A stretch of 64,000 nucleotides of DNA from Burkholderiaceae bacterium (GCA_035554275.1 DATMIN010000106.1:1422-65421), one strand, 5' to 3'. Shown: positions 27,350 to 37,027, numbered from the stretch's first letter. Notes: generated by a model from the sequence alone, not told the origin. A program made the numbers and translations.

Positions 27350-27769
27350 ATGGGCGATCTGCGTCGGTTCGTGGACGCGCAGGCGCCGCTGCACGAGCGG
27401 GCGCTGGCGGAACTCAAGGCCGGTCGGAAGCAGACGCACTGGATGTGGTTCGTGTTTCCGCAACTGAACGCGTTGGGACGAAGTTCGATCGCGCAGTTCT
27501 ACGGGCTGCACGGCCTGACGGAGGCGCAGTCGTACTGGGCACACCCGGTGCTTGGCTCGAGATTGAAGGAATCCGTTCTCGCGGTACTCGGTGTCCAGTC
27601 GAAGAGTGCGTGTGAGATCTTCGGATCGCCGGACGACCTGAAGTTCTGCAGCTGCCTGACGCTGTTCGAGCTGGTGTCGTCGGACGCGTGCTTTGCGAGG
27701 GGGTTGGAACGCTTCTACGAAGGACGGCGGGACGCGGCCACGATTTCACTTGTTGGCCGGACTGCTTGA
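27350..27769 (+). CDS. DUF1810 family protein
   Basis: RFVDAQ, GRKQTHWMWFVFPQL, IFGSPDDLKF motifs. Confidence 0.9.
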   Translation: MGDLRRFVDAQAPLHERALAELKAGRKQTHWMWFVFPQLNALGRSSIAQFYGLHGLTEAQSYWAHPVLGSRLKESVLAVLGVQSKSACEIFGSPDDLKFCSCLTLFELVSSDACFARGLERFYEGRRDAATISLVGRTA

Positions 27770-27983
27770 TCCCGCGGACGGTGCGATCCGCATCAGCGCA
27801 TCGCTGCAAAAGTGACCCGTCTCATCAAACTGGCGGGGTGACTTGATCCGACTTTTGGTCGTTCGCTATCGCAGAGGCTGCCACGGTTGCGAGTGGCGAG
27901 CGCAATGACTTCCCTCGTGGACTGCTTAGCCGAGTCAGGCCGGACAATAGGACCAGACTCTCTTGCGGTCAGAGGCTACCCGC

Positions 27984-28820
27984 CTACCAGGCCGACGGGT
28001 CCAGCCGGTAGCAGCGCTTGAGTTGCTCGTAGAGCGCCGGCCGCTCCGCGGCCAGCGCGTCCGGCCTCTCGAAGAAGAGCTCGGTCGTGACGGCGAAGAA
28101 CTCCGCCGGGCTGGTGCCGGCGTAGGAACCGATGAGGCCCGGTTCTTCACGCATCAGGCGGGCACGGAGCGCGTCGAATTCCTGGTTCATCACTCGTGCC
28201 CAGTCCTGCTGCACCGCACCGCGGCCCACGTAGGGCGCTCCATTGGCGGCGCCGGTGTCCTGATCGAGTTGATGCGCGAACTCGTGCATGACGACATTGG
28301 CGCCGTCGTGCGGATCGGCTGCTCCTTCCTGCACTGCGGCCCAGGCCACGATGACCTGACCGCGCTGCCAGCTCTGGCCTGCCAGTACGTCACGTCCTTG
28401 GTGCACCACCCCACCGGCGCCCGCCTCGGTGCGCGGCACGACGAAGTGACCCGGATACACGAGCACCTCGCGCAGGTTGCCGAATGAACCACCGCGTCCC
28501 AAGAGCAGGAACGCTGCCTGTGCGGCCACGGTCACCCGCACCTCGTCGGTGACCTCCAGCCCCGCGCAACCGATGAATGGCACTTCGCGCAGCAGCACCT
28601 GAATGTGCTTCTTCAGGCGCAGCTGCTCGGCCGCCGGGAGTTCGCTCACCAGCGGCACGCGCCGGCGCACGATGTCACGCCAGGCGGTGGGGAAGGGTTG
28701 GCGGGCAATGCGCTGCCGGCGCCACAGCCGCGCCAGCGTCGGGCCAAACAGTGCCGTACAGGTCAGCCCGACAGCGACGATCAGAATCCCCAGGGCGACC
28801 AGAACGCTCACCGACGTCAT
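27984..28820 (-). CDS. MtfA-like zinc peptidase (M90)
   Basis: NVVMHEFAHQLD and EFFAVTTELFFE motifs; N-terminal TM segment. Confidence 0.88.
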   Translation of the reverse strand: MTSVSVLVALGILIVAVGLTCTALFGPTLARLWRRQRIARQPFPTAWRDIVRRRVPLVSELPAAEQLRLKKHIQVLLREVPFIGCAGLEVTDEVRVTVAAQAAFLLLGRGGSFGNLREVLVYPGHFVVPRTEAGAGGVVHQGRDVLAGQSWQRGQVIVAWAAVQEGAADPHDGANVVMHEFAHQLDQDTGAANGAPYVGRGAVQQDWARVMNQEFDALRARLMREEPGLIGSYAGTSPAEFFAVTTELFFERPDALAAERPALYEQLKRCYRLDPSAW

Positions 28821-29059
28821 CTGGGCGGGCTGTCGGGTGATTTCAAGGCGGGCCATGACAAGTTTCGACGGCAGTGACGCATGGCGCTCAACGATCGCGC
28901 GCGTTGCCTGCCAGAGTCGATGGACTATGGCCGACCACCAAGGACCAATCACCTTCACCTCGCCACAGAGTCTCTCGGTCGGCACTCATCCCTCACGCCC
29001 GCGCGTTTCGCCTGTTCATCCTTCGGAGGGCGGGGCGGCTTGCTGCTCCTTCAACGTAC

Positions 29060-29156
29060 CACGGCGTTCTCGCCGTCAAGGTCTGCGCGCGCTGCGTTGC
29101 AGCGTGCTCGCGGCCTGCGGCCGTCTCTCGAACCCTGACGGCTGCGCTGCGCCGTG
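29060..29156 (+). promoter_or_regulatory. Long bulged hairpin upstream of radC (radC-motif / ssDNA-promoter-like)
   Basis: CACGGCG..GCCGTCAAGG pairs with CCCTGACGGC..CGCCGTG. Confidence 0.6.
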
Positions 29157-29200
29157 CTGGCGACGTCTCGGGCAATCCCGCCCGATGCACGGAGCCGACC

Positions 29201-29713
29201 ATGGCACACGATCCCGTTTCATCCATCGATCCTTCTGCTCTTCTCGTTCGAGATGTCGCGGGCGCCTATCGGCCGGCGGCGGCCGACGAGGTGCTGCAGG
29301 CGGCGCAATCGCTGCTCTGGCAGCAGATGCGGGGACGCGAGGTGCTGAGTTCGCCGCAGACGGTGCGTGACTTCCTGCGCGTGCGCTTGAACGGCCTGGA
29401 GCACGAGGTCTTTGCGGTGCTGATGCTGGATGCCCAGAACGGGTTGATCGACTACCTGGAGTTGTTCCGGGGCACCGTGAGCCAGACGTCCGTCTATCCG
29501 CGTGAAGTCGTCAAGGAGTCGCTGGCGCGCAATGCGGCCTCGCTGATCCTGGTGCACAACCATCCCTCGGGTGCGGCGGAGCCGTCGCGCGCCGACGAGG
29601 TGCTGACGTCGACGCTCAAGAACGCGCTGGCGCTGGTCGACGTACGCGTGCTCGATCACCTGATCGTGGCGGGGACGACGGTCCTCTCGTTCGCGGAACG
29701 CGGGCTGATCTAG
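29201..29713 (+). CDS. radC: RadC-like JAB domain protein (mobile-element type)
   Basis: VYPREVV and HNHPSG..PSRAD, VLDHLIV motifs. Confidence 0.93.
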   Translation: MAHDPVSSIDPSALLVRDVAGAYRPAAADEVLQAAQSLLWQQMRGREVLSSPQTVRDFLRVRLNGLEHEVFAVLMLDAQNGLIDYLELFRGTVSQTSVYPREVVKESLARNAASLILVHNHPSGAAEPSRADEVLTSTLKNALALVDVRVLDHLIVAGTTVLSFAERGLI

Positions 29714-29716
29714 GGC

Positions 29717-29736
29717 AGGGGGCATTGCCCCTTTTT
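29717..29736 (+). terminator. Short intrinsic terminator after radC
   Basis: GGGGC-ATT-GCCCC followed by TTTTT. Confidence 0.45.
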
Positions 29737-29858
29737 GCTGCGCTGTCCGGTCGGTCACCACAACCCGATGGCTCCGCCTGCGGCGGCACGCGCGGGGCTG
29801 CGTGCCGCCTGCGCGCCGGCCCTTGGGCCGGCTTGCGTGGCCTGTGCGGTCGCTCCTT

Positions 29859-30033
29859 CCGTCAAGGGCCGCGCAGCCGCCCGTGTCCTCGGCGTTGCCT
29901 GCGGGCCGCGCCAGCGGCCGCGCTTCCTCCCTTGACGGCGCACCCGCGCCGGCCGGACCGGCCTTCAAGGCCGCGAAGGGCTTCGCGGCCCCGCGGAGCC
30001 CAGGTCCGACCTGGCACGAACCGTCAAGGAGAG
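29859..30033 (+). promoter_or_regulatory. Structured leader upstream of the parB-like gene
   Basis: CCGTCAAGGG (29859) / CCCTTGACGG (29929) inverted repeat; third copy CCGTCAAGG at 30021 overlaps an AAGGAG. Confidence 0.55.
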
Positions 30034-30119
30034 CACCGATGCAGCACCACGCCTGAGCCGAACCACGTCCTCGATCAATCCCCATCCATCAATGTCCCGC
30101 GAGGGACCGGAGTGAACCC

Positions 30120-32132
30120 ATGAACACGATGAACCTTTCCGAATCCACGGCGGTGGCTACCGCCACCGCCGCCGCCACCACCGCGGCTGCCATCGCCTCC
30201 GGCGACGAGCGTCGGCTGATCCCGTTGTCCAAGCTGCGCCCCTCGAAACGCCGCAACGTGCGCCGCCGGGGCGCCATGTCGATCCCGGAACTCGCCGCGA
30301 GCATCGCGCGGGTCCGGCTGCTGCAGAACCTCACGGTGGTCGACGCAGGAGACGGCGAGCACTTCGATGTCGCGGCCGGCCGGCGCCGGCTGGCCGCGCT
30401 CAGGCTGCTCGTCAAGCGTCGCAAGCTGAACCCGGACGCGGGTGTGCCGTGCCTGGTCGTCCCGGACGCCGAGGCACTCACGGCGAGCTTGACCGAGAAC
30501 GTGCAGCGCGAGGCGATGCACCCGGCCGATCAGTTCGAGGCGTTCGCGGCCCTGGTCGCCGAAGGGCGACCCATCGAAGACATCGCGGCCGATTTTTGTG
30601 TTCCGCCGCTGGTGGTGCAGCGGCGCCTGAAGCTGGCGAACGCGTCGCCGCGGCTGCTCGCGGACTACCGGGCGGGGGCGGTGACGCTGGAGCAGTTGAT
30701 GGCGCTGGCGATCACCGACGATCACGCGGCGCAGGAGGCGGCGTTCTACGACTCGCCGCAATGGCGGCGCAGCCCGGGTGCGCTGCGCGATCACCTGACG
30801 CGGGACGAGGTGTCGGCGTCGAGCGACGCGCTCGCGCGCTTCGTCGGGCTCGACGCCTACGAGGCGGCCGGCGGTGCCGTGCGGCGCGACCTGTTCTCGG
30901 ACGAGCAGGAGGGCGCGTACCTCGCCGACGCGGCGCTGCTCGACCGCCTCGCCCGCGACAAGCTGGCCGACACGGCGGAGCAGGTGCGCACCGAGGGATG
31001 GGCGTGGGTCGACGTGGTGCCGCGGGCGACGCCCGCAGAGCTCTACGTGTTCCAGCGCGCACCGCGCGAACGCCGCGAGCCGACCAAGGTCGAAGCGAAG
31101 CGGATCGCCAACCTCGAAGCGCAGCGGCACGCGCTGGAGGATCGGCTCGACGCCGAGGAGACATCGGACGACGATTCATGGGCCCTGCAGGGCCGGCTGG
31201 ACGCGCTCGGCGACCAGCTCGATGCGATCGACCGGTCGCTGACGCTCTACGCGCCGGAGGTCATCGCGCAGGCGGGCGCGGTGGTGGCGGTCGATCATGC
31301 GGGTGCTGTGGTCGTGCACCGCGGCCTGCTGCGCAGCGAGCAGGCCGAGAAGCTGCGCGACCGGGCGAAGACCGCGGCTCGCGCGAGCGATGGGACCGCG
31401 TCCCCAAATGCGGAGCGACCGAAGGCGGGGCTGCCCGAGAAGCTCGTGCGGCGTCTGAGTGCACACCGCACGGCGGCGTTGCAGGCCGAGGTCGCCCGCC
31501 ATCCGCAGATCGCGCTGGTGGCGCTGGTTCATCACCTGGCGAGTCGCCTGATCTGTCACGGCTGCGAGGGCTCGCCGATCAACATCAGCGCCACCTCACA
31601 CGTCGACGGGCTGGTGACGAACGCGCCCGACATCGCCGAGGCGCCCGCAGCCACGGGGTTGTGCGAGGTCTGCGAGGCATGGGCCGAACGGCTGCCGGCA
31701 GATTCGGACGCGATGTTCGCGGCGCTGCTCGCGATGCCGCAGGACGAACTGATCTCGTTGCTGGCGGTGTGCGTGGCGTCCACGGTGGGCGCCATCCAGT
31801 CCCGCGAGACGGAGGCACCGGCGCGCATGCTGGCGCAAGCGCTCGACCTGGACATGAATGCGTGGTGGACGCCAACCGCGGCGGGCTACTTCGAGCACGT
31901 GTCGAAGGCCAAGGCCTTGGAGGCTGTGGCCGAGTTCGCGGCGGATCAGGTGACGCGGCTGTCGAAGCTCAAGAAGGCTGACCTCGCGAGCGAGGCCGGG
32001 CGGCTTGCCGTGGGCACCGGATGGCTTCCATCGGTGCTTCGCGCGGCGCCTGCGGCCGGCGACGAGGGTCGACCCGCAGCGCCAGACGAAGCGCGTGGTC
32101 GCGGGAGCGACGGGGCCGACGGTGCCGAGTGA
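30120..32132 (+). CDS. ParB/RepB/Spo0J-family protein of conjugative-element leading regions
   Basis: ASI..LLQNL, AGRRRL, SLTENVQREAMHPADQF, GTGWLP motifs. Confidence 0.92.
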   Translation: MNTMNLSESTAVATATAAATTAAAIASGDERRLIPLSKLRPSKRRNVRRRGAMSIPELAASIARVRLLQNLTVVDAGDGEHFDVAAGRRRLAALRLLVKRRKLNPDAGVPCLVVPDAEALTASLTENVQREAMHPADQFEAFAALVAEGRPIEDIAADFCVPPLVVQRRLKLANASPRLLADYRAGAVTLEQLMALAITDDHAAQEAAFYDSPQWRRSPGALRDHLTRDEVSASSDALARFVGLDAYEAAGGAVRRDLFSDEQEGAYLADAALLDRLARDKLADTAEQVRTEGWAWVDVVPRATPAELYVFQRAPRERREPTKVEAKRIANLEAQRHALEDRLDAEETSDDDSWALQGRLDALGDQLDAIDRSLTLYAPEVIAQAGAVVAVDHAGAVVVHRGLLRSEQAEKLRDRAKTAARASDGTASPNAERPKAGLPEKLVRRLSAHRTAALQAEVARHPQIALVALVHHLASRLICHGCEGSPINISATSHVDGLVTNAPDIAEAPAATGLCEVCEAWAERLPADSDAMFAALLAMPQDELISLLAVCVASTVGAIQSRETEAPARMLAQALDLDMNAWWTPTAAGYFEHVSKAKALEAVAEFAADQVTRLSKLKKADLASEAGRLAVGTGWLPSVLRAAPAAGDEGRPAAPDEARGRGSDGADGAE

Positions 32133-32149
32133 GGCAACGAGGTGGCCTT

Positions 32150-32177
32150 GCGACCCCGGTCCATGCGCCGGGGTCGC
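32150..32177 (+). terminator. Hairpin after the parB-like gene
   Basis: GCGACCCCGG / CCGGGGTCGC 10-bp stem, weak U tail. Confidence 0.45.
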
Positions 32178-32383
32178 TTCGCGCAACGGATGCTCGATGT
32201 CGGTGACCACTTGCCGGGTCGAGCGCGGTGGTCGCATCTTGCGGCGCACGGCGACTGGTGGATGCGGGCAAGCCCTCCGTCACCGACTTGTGCGGACTTC
32301 TTTGAAAGAGCAAAGTTGAAAGAGCAAAGACTCGGCTCCTTCCGGAACCGAGGCAGCGTTCAAAGTTCATTGGGGTCGGGACC

Positions 32384-32686
32384 ATGTGGATCATGTTCGG
32401 GAGGGCGCCTGCACCCGATGCGGCGTACTGGCCCGGCCGTCGATGGATGGCGGCGATCGACGCCATGGCATGGCCTGTCGCGGCAGCGTTGCTGCTTGCC
32501 CGGGTGCCGGGGAGGACCGGGGTCTTGCTGCCGACCGCTGTGGCCGTCCTGGCGCTGCTCGGCATGCTCCGGCTCCGCAAGGCGGTGTGGCTCAATCACC
32601 GGTATCGATTCACGACGAGGAAGGTGACCGGTATCCTGGTCGTGCTGATGTTCATCGGGATCGTCGTGAAGGTGGGCTGGGCCTGA
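32384..32686 (+). CDS. Small membrane protein (100 aa)
   Basis: Three hydrophobic segments; NHRYRFTT motif. Confidence 0.7.
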   Translation: MWIMFGRAPAPDAAYWPGRRWMAAIDAMAWPVAAALLLARVPGRTGVLLPTAVAVLALLGMLRLRKAVWLNHRYRFTTRKVTGILVVLMFIGIVVKVGWA

Positions 32687-32720
32687 CGTTGGATGAAGGG
32701 CCGCGTGCTGCGGCGGGCTG

Positions 32721-32939
32721 GACTTCATCGAGAAGGTGCCGGTCGTCACCACGGAGGATCTCTGGTCAACAAGCGCCTATCCACGCCCAGGCGTCATCGC
32801 ATGCGAGGTCGAAGCGGAGTGGAAGGATGGAGCGGGCCAATCGTTTGCACGCGTAAGTACCGAACTCCCGTGGTACGTGGAGTCGACCGTGGGGCAAACT
32901 CAGTTCGTAGTTTTGGCATCGCAGTTGGTAGGTCGGTAG
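32721..32939 (+). pseudogene. 5'-truncated cassette gene (..DFIEKVPVVTTEDLWSTSAYPRPGVIACEV..)
   Basis: Protein-like frame without a convincing start or RBS, lying upstream of the first attC. Confidence 0.55.
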
Positions 32940-33016
32940 AGCAGAGGTTGAGCAACCTGGCACCAAATGAAAGTGTCACACTCGCTGTCCTTGAAGGTCT
33001 GGCTCCCCAGCGAGAC

Positions 33017-33094
33017 GCCTAACCCTTCCATCGAGGGGACGTCCACAAGCGGGCTTCGCCCACTTGCGGCCGCCCCTCATGTCAAACGTTAGGC
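33017..33094 (+). repeat. attC site 1
   Basis: GCCTAAC-CCTTCCATCGAGGGGAC...GCCCCTCATGTCAAAC-GTTAGGC. Confidence 0.9.
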
Positions 33095-33098
33095 GTCC

Positions 33099-33596
33099 AT
33101 GAAGCAACTCGAACGGCTACTGTTTCTCCAGGGCAATCGCTGCTTCTTCTGTCAGCAGGCCATTCCGCCCGGCGAAGCAAGCATCGAGCACCTGGTCGCA
33201 AGCGCAAATGGCGGCGCCAAGGACGATGAGAATTGCGTTGCCTGCTGCAAGGCAGTAAACACGGCATTGGGTAGCCTTTCGGTCAAGGCGAAGCTGCAAG
33301 CGGTACTCAACCAGCGAGGCGCCTTTGCCTGTCCGCACGCGGGTGAGGTCCTTGCAGGCGCGCCGGCCATGCACCCAGAGGCTGAGCGCCTTGAACTCGC
33401 AGTCGCCGACCTCCTGAAACGCGGTGCCGCGCGCCCCCGAAAGGTCGCCACGCTGAGGAACACAATCAACTCGGTATTCCAGAACAAGCTCTCCGAGGAA
33501 GAGTTGTCCTCACTCGTATCACTTCTGGCGCGCCGTGGGTACATTGCCGTCCAAGACACGAAGGTTTCCTATGCGCTTCCCCAAGCGGGCGCTTGA
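33099..33596 (+). CDS. Cassette: HNH endonuclease fused to a winged-helix-like C-terminus
   Basis: CFFC..SIEHL..NGG..NCVACC..N HNH signature. Confidence 0.85.
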   Translation: MKQLERLLFLQGNRCFFCQQAIPPGEASIEHLVASANGGAKDDENCVACCKAVNTALGSLSVKAKLQAVLNQRGAFACPHAGEVLAGAPAMHPEAERLELAVADLLKRGAARPRKVATLRNTINSVFQNKLSEEELSSLVSLLARRGYIAVQDTKVSYALPQAGA

Positions 33597-34670
33597 AGTC
33601 AACTTTGAAGTGCAACACCGCCGGGACGAGCGAAGAGGGCTTCGCTCGGTGTCTTGAAGCCCAGGCGCAGCCTGGGCCGGTTGTTCAGAGCGGCCGCGAT
33701 GCGGTTGCAGTGGGCCTGGTCGATGTGGCGCATGCACATGCCTTTTGGCAGGTACTGACGGATCAGCCCGTTGGTGTTCTCGTTGGTGCCGCGCTCCCAT
33801 GAGTGGTAGGGCGTGGCGAAGTAGAAGGGCACGCCATGTGCTCGCTCCACGCGTTCGTAGTCGTGGAACTCGGTGCCGTTGTCCAGCGTGATCGTGCGCA
33901 CCTTCGCGCGCAGCCTGCTGATGGCTGCGCTCAAGGCCGCAGCGGCCTGCTCCTTGGTGCGCGCCACCAGCTTCTTGATGACCACGTAGCCGCTGACACG
34001 CTCGACCAGCGTGAGCACGCAGTGACGCTGGTCCGCGCCCATGACCGTGTCGCCCTCCCAGTGCCCGAGCTCGCGGCGGCGCTGCACGGCCGCCGGGCGC
34101 TGGCTGATGTGGCGCTTGCCAAGCAGTCTTCCTCTGCTGGCGGGGCTGCCGCGGCGCTTGCGGCCGAACTTGCTCATCACGCGCAAGCAGCGCCACAGCC
34201 GACCTCCGGCACGCCGGTCGCGCCGCACGCGGCGGTAGATCGTCTCCTTGCTCATGCAGGGCTGGCGCAGCAGCAGCGAGCGCCCGACGATCTGCTGCGG
34301 GCTCCACTTGCGCTCGAGCAGCCGCGCCACGCGGCCCCATTCCTGTTGGCTGTATTGGTCCTTCTTGCGGCTGCGCCGGCGCCGGGCCATCGCGTACTGC
34401 TGCGCCTTCTCGGCGCGATAGCCTCCGTCGTGCGTGGTGACGTTGCGCCGACGCTCGCGGCTGACTGTGGACACCGCCCGGCCGAGCGCTCGTGCAATCT
34501 CCCTCATGCTGTGGCCTCTGTGCATCATGCGCGCGATGACGTATCTTTCGTCCTGGGTGAGTTGGCGATACCCCATGTCTGCGTCCCCTGACTTGCCGGT
34601 TGAGGAAGCGGGCAGTGTCGCCACTCCCCACCTCTTGGGAGACGGTGTTGCACTTAGTTTGCCAAACCGC
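33593..34670 (-). mobile_element. IS30-family insertion sequence
   Basis: Terminal AAGTGCAACACC / GGTGTTGCACTT inverted repeats; GGCGC on both flanks (33588-33592, 34671-34675). Confidence 0.9.
33599..34576 (-). CDS. IS30-family transposase
   Basis: HTH (STVSRE), WSPQQI, GHWEGD, DNGTEF, WERGTNENTNGLIRQY motifs. Confidence 0.96.
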   Translation of the reverse strand: MGYRQLTQDERYVIARMMHRGHSMREIARALGRAVSTVSRERRRNVTTHDGGYRAEKAQQYAMARRRRSRKKDQYSQQEWGRVARLLERKWSPQQIVGRSLLLRQPCMSKETIYRRVRRDRRAGGRLWRCLRVMSKFGRKRRGSPASRGRLLGKRHISQRPAAVQRRRELGHWEGDTVMGADQRHCVLTLVERVSGYVVIKKLVARTKEQAAAALSAAISRLRAKVRTITLDNGTEFHDYERVERAHGVPFYFATPYHSWERGTNENTNGLIRQYLPKGMCMRHIDQAHCNRIAAALNNRPRLRLGFKTPSEALFARPGGVALQS

Positions 34671-34673
34671 GGC

Positions 34674-34752
34674 GCCTAACCATTCCATCGAGCGGACAGC
34701 CAAAAGGCCGCTGCGCGGCCTTTTGGCCTGCCGCTCATGTCAAACGTTAGGT
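34674..34752 (+). repeat. attC site 2
   Basis: GCCTAAC...GCCGCTCATGTCAAAC-GTTAGGT. Confidence 0.9.
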
Positions 34753-34792
34753 TGCAAGCCGCACATCGAAGATTTCAATAGGAGGAACCAGC

Positions 34793-35290
34793 ATGATGCC
34801 GCAAAGAAGTGAATTGAAGCACCTCGAACTTGAGCGGCGCAGTCAACAGTTGGAGATCGAAAATCTCGCACTCGAGCGCGACAAGGCAAAGTGGATTTCG
34901 GTGTCGGTATTCGTACCGGCTATGGCAGCGATCTTGACCTTTGGCCTTGGTATCTGGAGCCAACGTCAGCAAGCGCAGAGTCAATTCGAAATCAAGGCCG
35001 CAGAGCTGGTTCTCAAGGCCGGGTCGGTCGCTGAAGCCAAAGCCAACGCCGCTGCTCTGGTTGCGCTATTTGGTGATCGCTTGCCACCAGACTTCGGAAA
35101 GACATTCGATGAAGAAAAGTTGGAGGCGTTTGGCGCCGACATCGTTGCCGCGAAGACCGAATTGCTTAAGCTATTTTCGGATAGAGGGATGAAGTGCGAG
35201 CAAAAGCTTGCGGCCATCGATCTATGGAAGCAGCTCTTCCCAGATGACAAGACGTTCAAACACGAGTTCAAGTGCAAAGATGCAACCTAA
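34793..35290 (+). CDS. Cassette: hypothetical single-TM protein (165 aa)
   Basis: AGGAGG RBS; stop codon lies in the attC R'' site. Confidence 0.85.
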   Translation: MMPQRSELKHLELERRSQQLEIENLALERDKAKWISVSVFVPAMAAILTFGLGIWSQRQQAQSQFEIKAAELVLKAGSVAEAKANAAALVALFGDRLPPDFGKTFDEEKLEAFGADIVAAKTELLKLFSDRGMKCEQKLAAIDLWKQLFPDDKTFKHEFKCKDAT

Positions 35291-35344
35291 CCCTTCCTTC
35301 AAGCGGACGCGCCTACAGCTGGCCGCTTAAGTCAGACGTTAGGC
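35285..35344 (+). repeat. attC site 3 (60 bp)
   Basis: ACCTAAC-CCTTCCTTCAAGCGGAC...GCCGCTTAAGTCAGAC-GTTAGGC. Confidence 0.9.
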
Positions 35345-35358
35345 GTCAAGGAGTTCCT

Positions 35359-35910
35359 GTGGGAAAGTTGTACGAAGAGATCACCCCCGACCTCGGCACG
35401 TGGCTGAAGCAACAGCACATGTTCTTCGTCGCGACGTCCCCTTTGGCCCAAGGCGGTCTCGTCAATTGCTCGCCGAAGGGCATGGACAGCTTTCGCATTC
35501 TTGGGCCAAGGCGCGTGGCGTATCTTGATCTCACGGGAAGCGGAGTTGAGACCGTCGCTCACCTCCGTGAGAATGGCCGAATCGTCTTCATGTTTTGCGC
35601 CTTTACGGGCCTTCCAAAGATCGTGCGTCTCCACGGAACAGGTGAAGTCTTTGCTCCCGAGTCGCCCGGATGGAATCAACTGCGTGAGCACTTCCCCGAG
35701 CATCTGGGCGCCAGGGCAATCATCTCGGCTTCACTCGCCCGAATCAGTGACTCATGTGGCTTTGCCGTGCCGCAGTTGGAGTACGTCGCGGAGCGAGACA
35801 CCCTCACTCGGTCTCACGAGGTGAAGGGTGCCGCTGGCCTGCAAACGTACCGCAACGAGAAGAACGTCCGTAGTCTCGACGGCCTACCTGGGCTAGAGCC
35901 GCGACCATGA
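35359..35910 (+). CDS. Cassette: pyridoxamine 5'-phosphate oxidase-like FMN-binding protein
   Basis: AAGGAG then GTG; FFVATSP, NCSPKG, YLDLTGSGVET, SCGFAVP motifs. Confidence 0.9.
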   Translation: MGKLYEEITPDLGTWLKQQHMFFVATSPLAQGGLVNCSPKGMDSFRILGPRRVAYLDLTGSGVETVAHLRENGRIVFMFCAFTGLPKIVRLHGTGEVFAPESPGWNQLREHFPEHLGARAIISASLARISDSCGFAVPQLEYVAERDTLTRSHEVKGAAGLQTYRNEKNVRSLDGLPGLEPRP

Positions 35911-35920
35911 GCGCACAGAC

Positions 35921-35997
35921 GCCTAACCCTTCCGTCGAGCGGCAGACCAAAGGCCGCTTCGCGCCCTTTGGTCTGCCGCTCATGCCAAACGTTAGGC
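35921..35997 (+). repeat. attC site 4
   Basis: GCCTAAC...GCCGCTCATGCCAAAC-GTTAGGC. Confidence 0.9.
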
Positions 35998-36004
35998 GCC
36001 AGTC

Positions 36005-36376
36005 ATGCAGATTGTTCGCTTCGTACTGTTCGCTTCGGCTACCTTCTTCATGATGGGCGTCAGAGCTCAATTCGCCATCGAGCCGCGCACTGAGAATGAG
36101 AAGGTTTTCATTGAATCCGTGAAGAAACGGTTGTCTCCGTGCTTCACTATGCTTGGCGTCGATCCCTCAATTCCCGTTGCCGCCAATCGACCGCTGGAGA
36201 AAGAGCTTCTGGCCGCCGTTCTGCTTCCTGCAGGTGGTCCACTGGTGAATGACGGCTACAACTACATGCTCCTCATTCATGGCCCTTCGAACTCCGCGTT
36301 CGTCGTGCAATTCGGCGGGTTCGGCGGTTCGCAAGCCATCTTCGGCCCCATTCCGCTCGCAACCACTTGCCAATGA
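36005..36376 (+). CDS. Cassette: small exported hypothetical protein (123 aa)
   Basis: Signal-peptide-like N-terminus (..VRA/QF); fills the cassette. Confidence 0.8.
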   Translation: MQIVRFVLFASATFFMMGVRAQFAIEPRTENEKVFIESVKKRLSPCFTMLGVDPSIPVAANRPLEKELLAAVLLPAGGPLVNDGYNYMLLIHGPSNSAFVVQFGGFGGSQAIFGPIPLATTCQ

Positions 36377-36406
36377 ACACCTCACCTCACCTTGCCGCGC
36401 GCTGGC

Positions 36407-36466
36407 GCCTAACCATTCCATCGAGCGGACTGGCCTTCGGCCAGCCGCTCATGTCAAACGTTAGGC
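36407..36466 (+). repeat. attC site 5 (60 bp)
   Basis: GCCTAAC...TGGCCTTCGGCCA...GTTAGGC. Confidence 0.9.
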
Positions 36467-36515
36467 CGCTCGTCACCCGATCTCGCATTGCAGTCGCTCG
36501 TCGAAAGGTCGTCGC

Positions 36516-36887
36516 ATGAATCTCAACACTGCCCGTGTCTTCGTTCGAGATATCGCTCAGGCCAAACGCTTCTACGCCGAAACTCTTGGCCTCCAGCCAG
36601 TTGCAGCCAACCTCGAGCACGGCTATTGCGTGTTCAATAGCGGCGGCATTCAGCTTGTCGTCGAATCGGTGCCCAACGATGCGCCGCAGGAAGACCAAAG
36701 ACTTGTCGGCAGGTTCACCGGGCTGTCGTTCACTGTGACCGACGTGCAGCAAACGTATCGCTCGCTTGCAGCCGCGGGCGTTGAGTTCACCGGTGCGCCG
36801 GAGAGGCAACTTTGGGGCGGCATGCTGGCAACGCTCAGAGACCCCGCAGGCAATGAGCTACAGGTCGTGCAGCCCGCGGCGGCCTAA
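36516..36887 (+). CDS. Cassette: VOC/glyoxalase family protein
   Basis: FVRDIAQAKRFYAETLGL, GVEF, WGG, RDPAGN motifs. Confidence 0.92.
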   Translation: MNLNTARVFVRDIAQAKRFYAETLGLQPVAANLEHGYCVFNSGGIQLVVESVPNDAPQEDQRLVGRFTGLSFTVTDVQQTYRSLAAAGVEFTGAPERQLWGGMLATLRDPAGNELQVVQPAAA

Positions 36888-36959
36888 CCATTCCATCGAG
36901 CGGACGTTCCAAAGGCCGCTCCGCGCCCTTTGGCCCGCCGCTCATGTCAAACGTTAGGC
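36882..36959 (+). repeat. attC site 6
   Basis: GCCTAAC...GCCGCTCATGTCAAAC-GTTAGGC. Confidence 0.9.
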
Positions 36960-37027
36960 GTCTTCAAGCAAACAGAGCTGGTTCCCACGCAAACTTCGTT
37001 GTGACCCGTGTAGCGTCGACTGCCCGA

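Noticed and set aside
32693-33022. 109-aa ORF ending in attC1 as the cassette gene
   Set aside because: Arg/Gly-rich and not protein-like; the overlapping frame ending at 32939 looks like the real truncated gene
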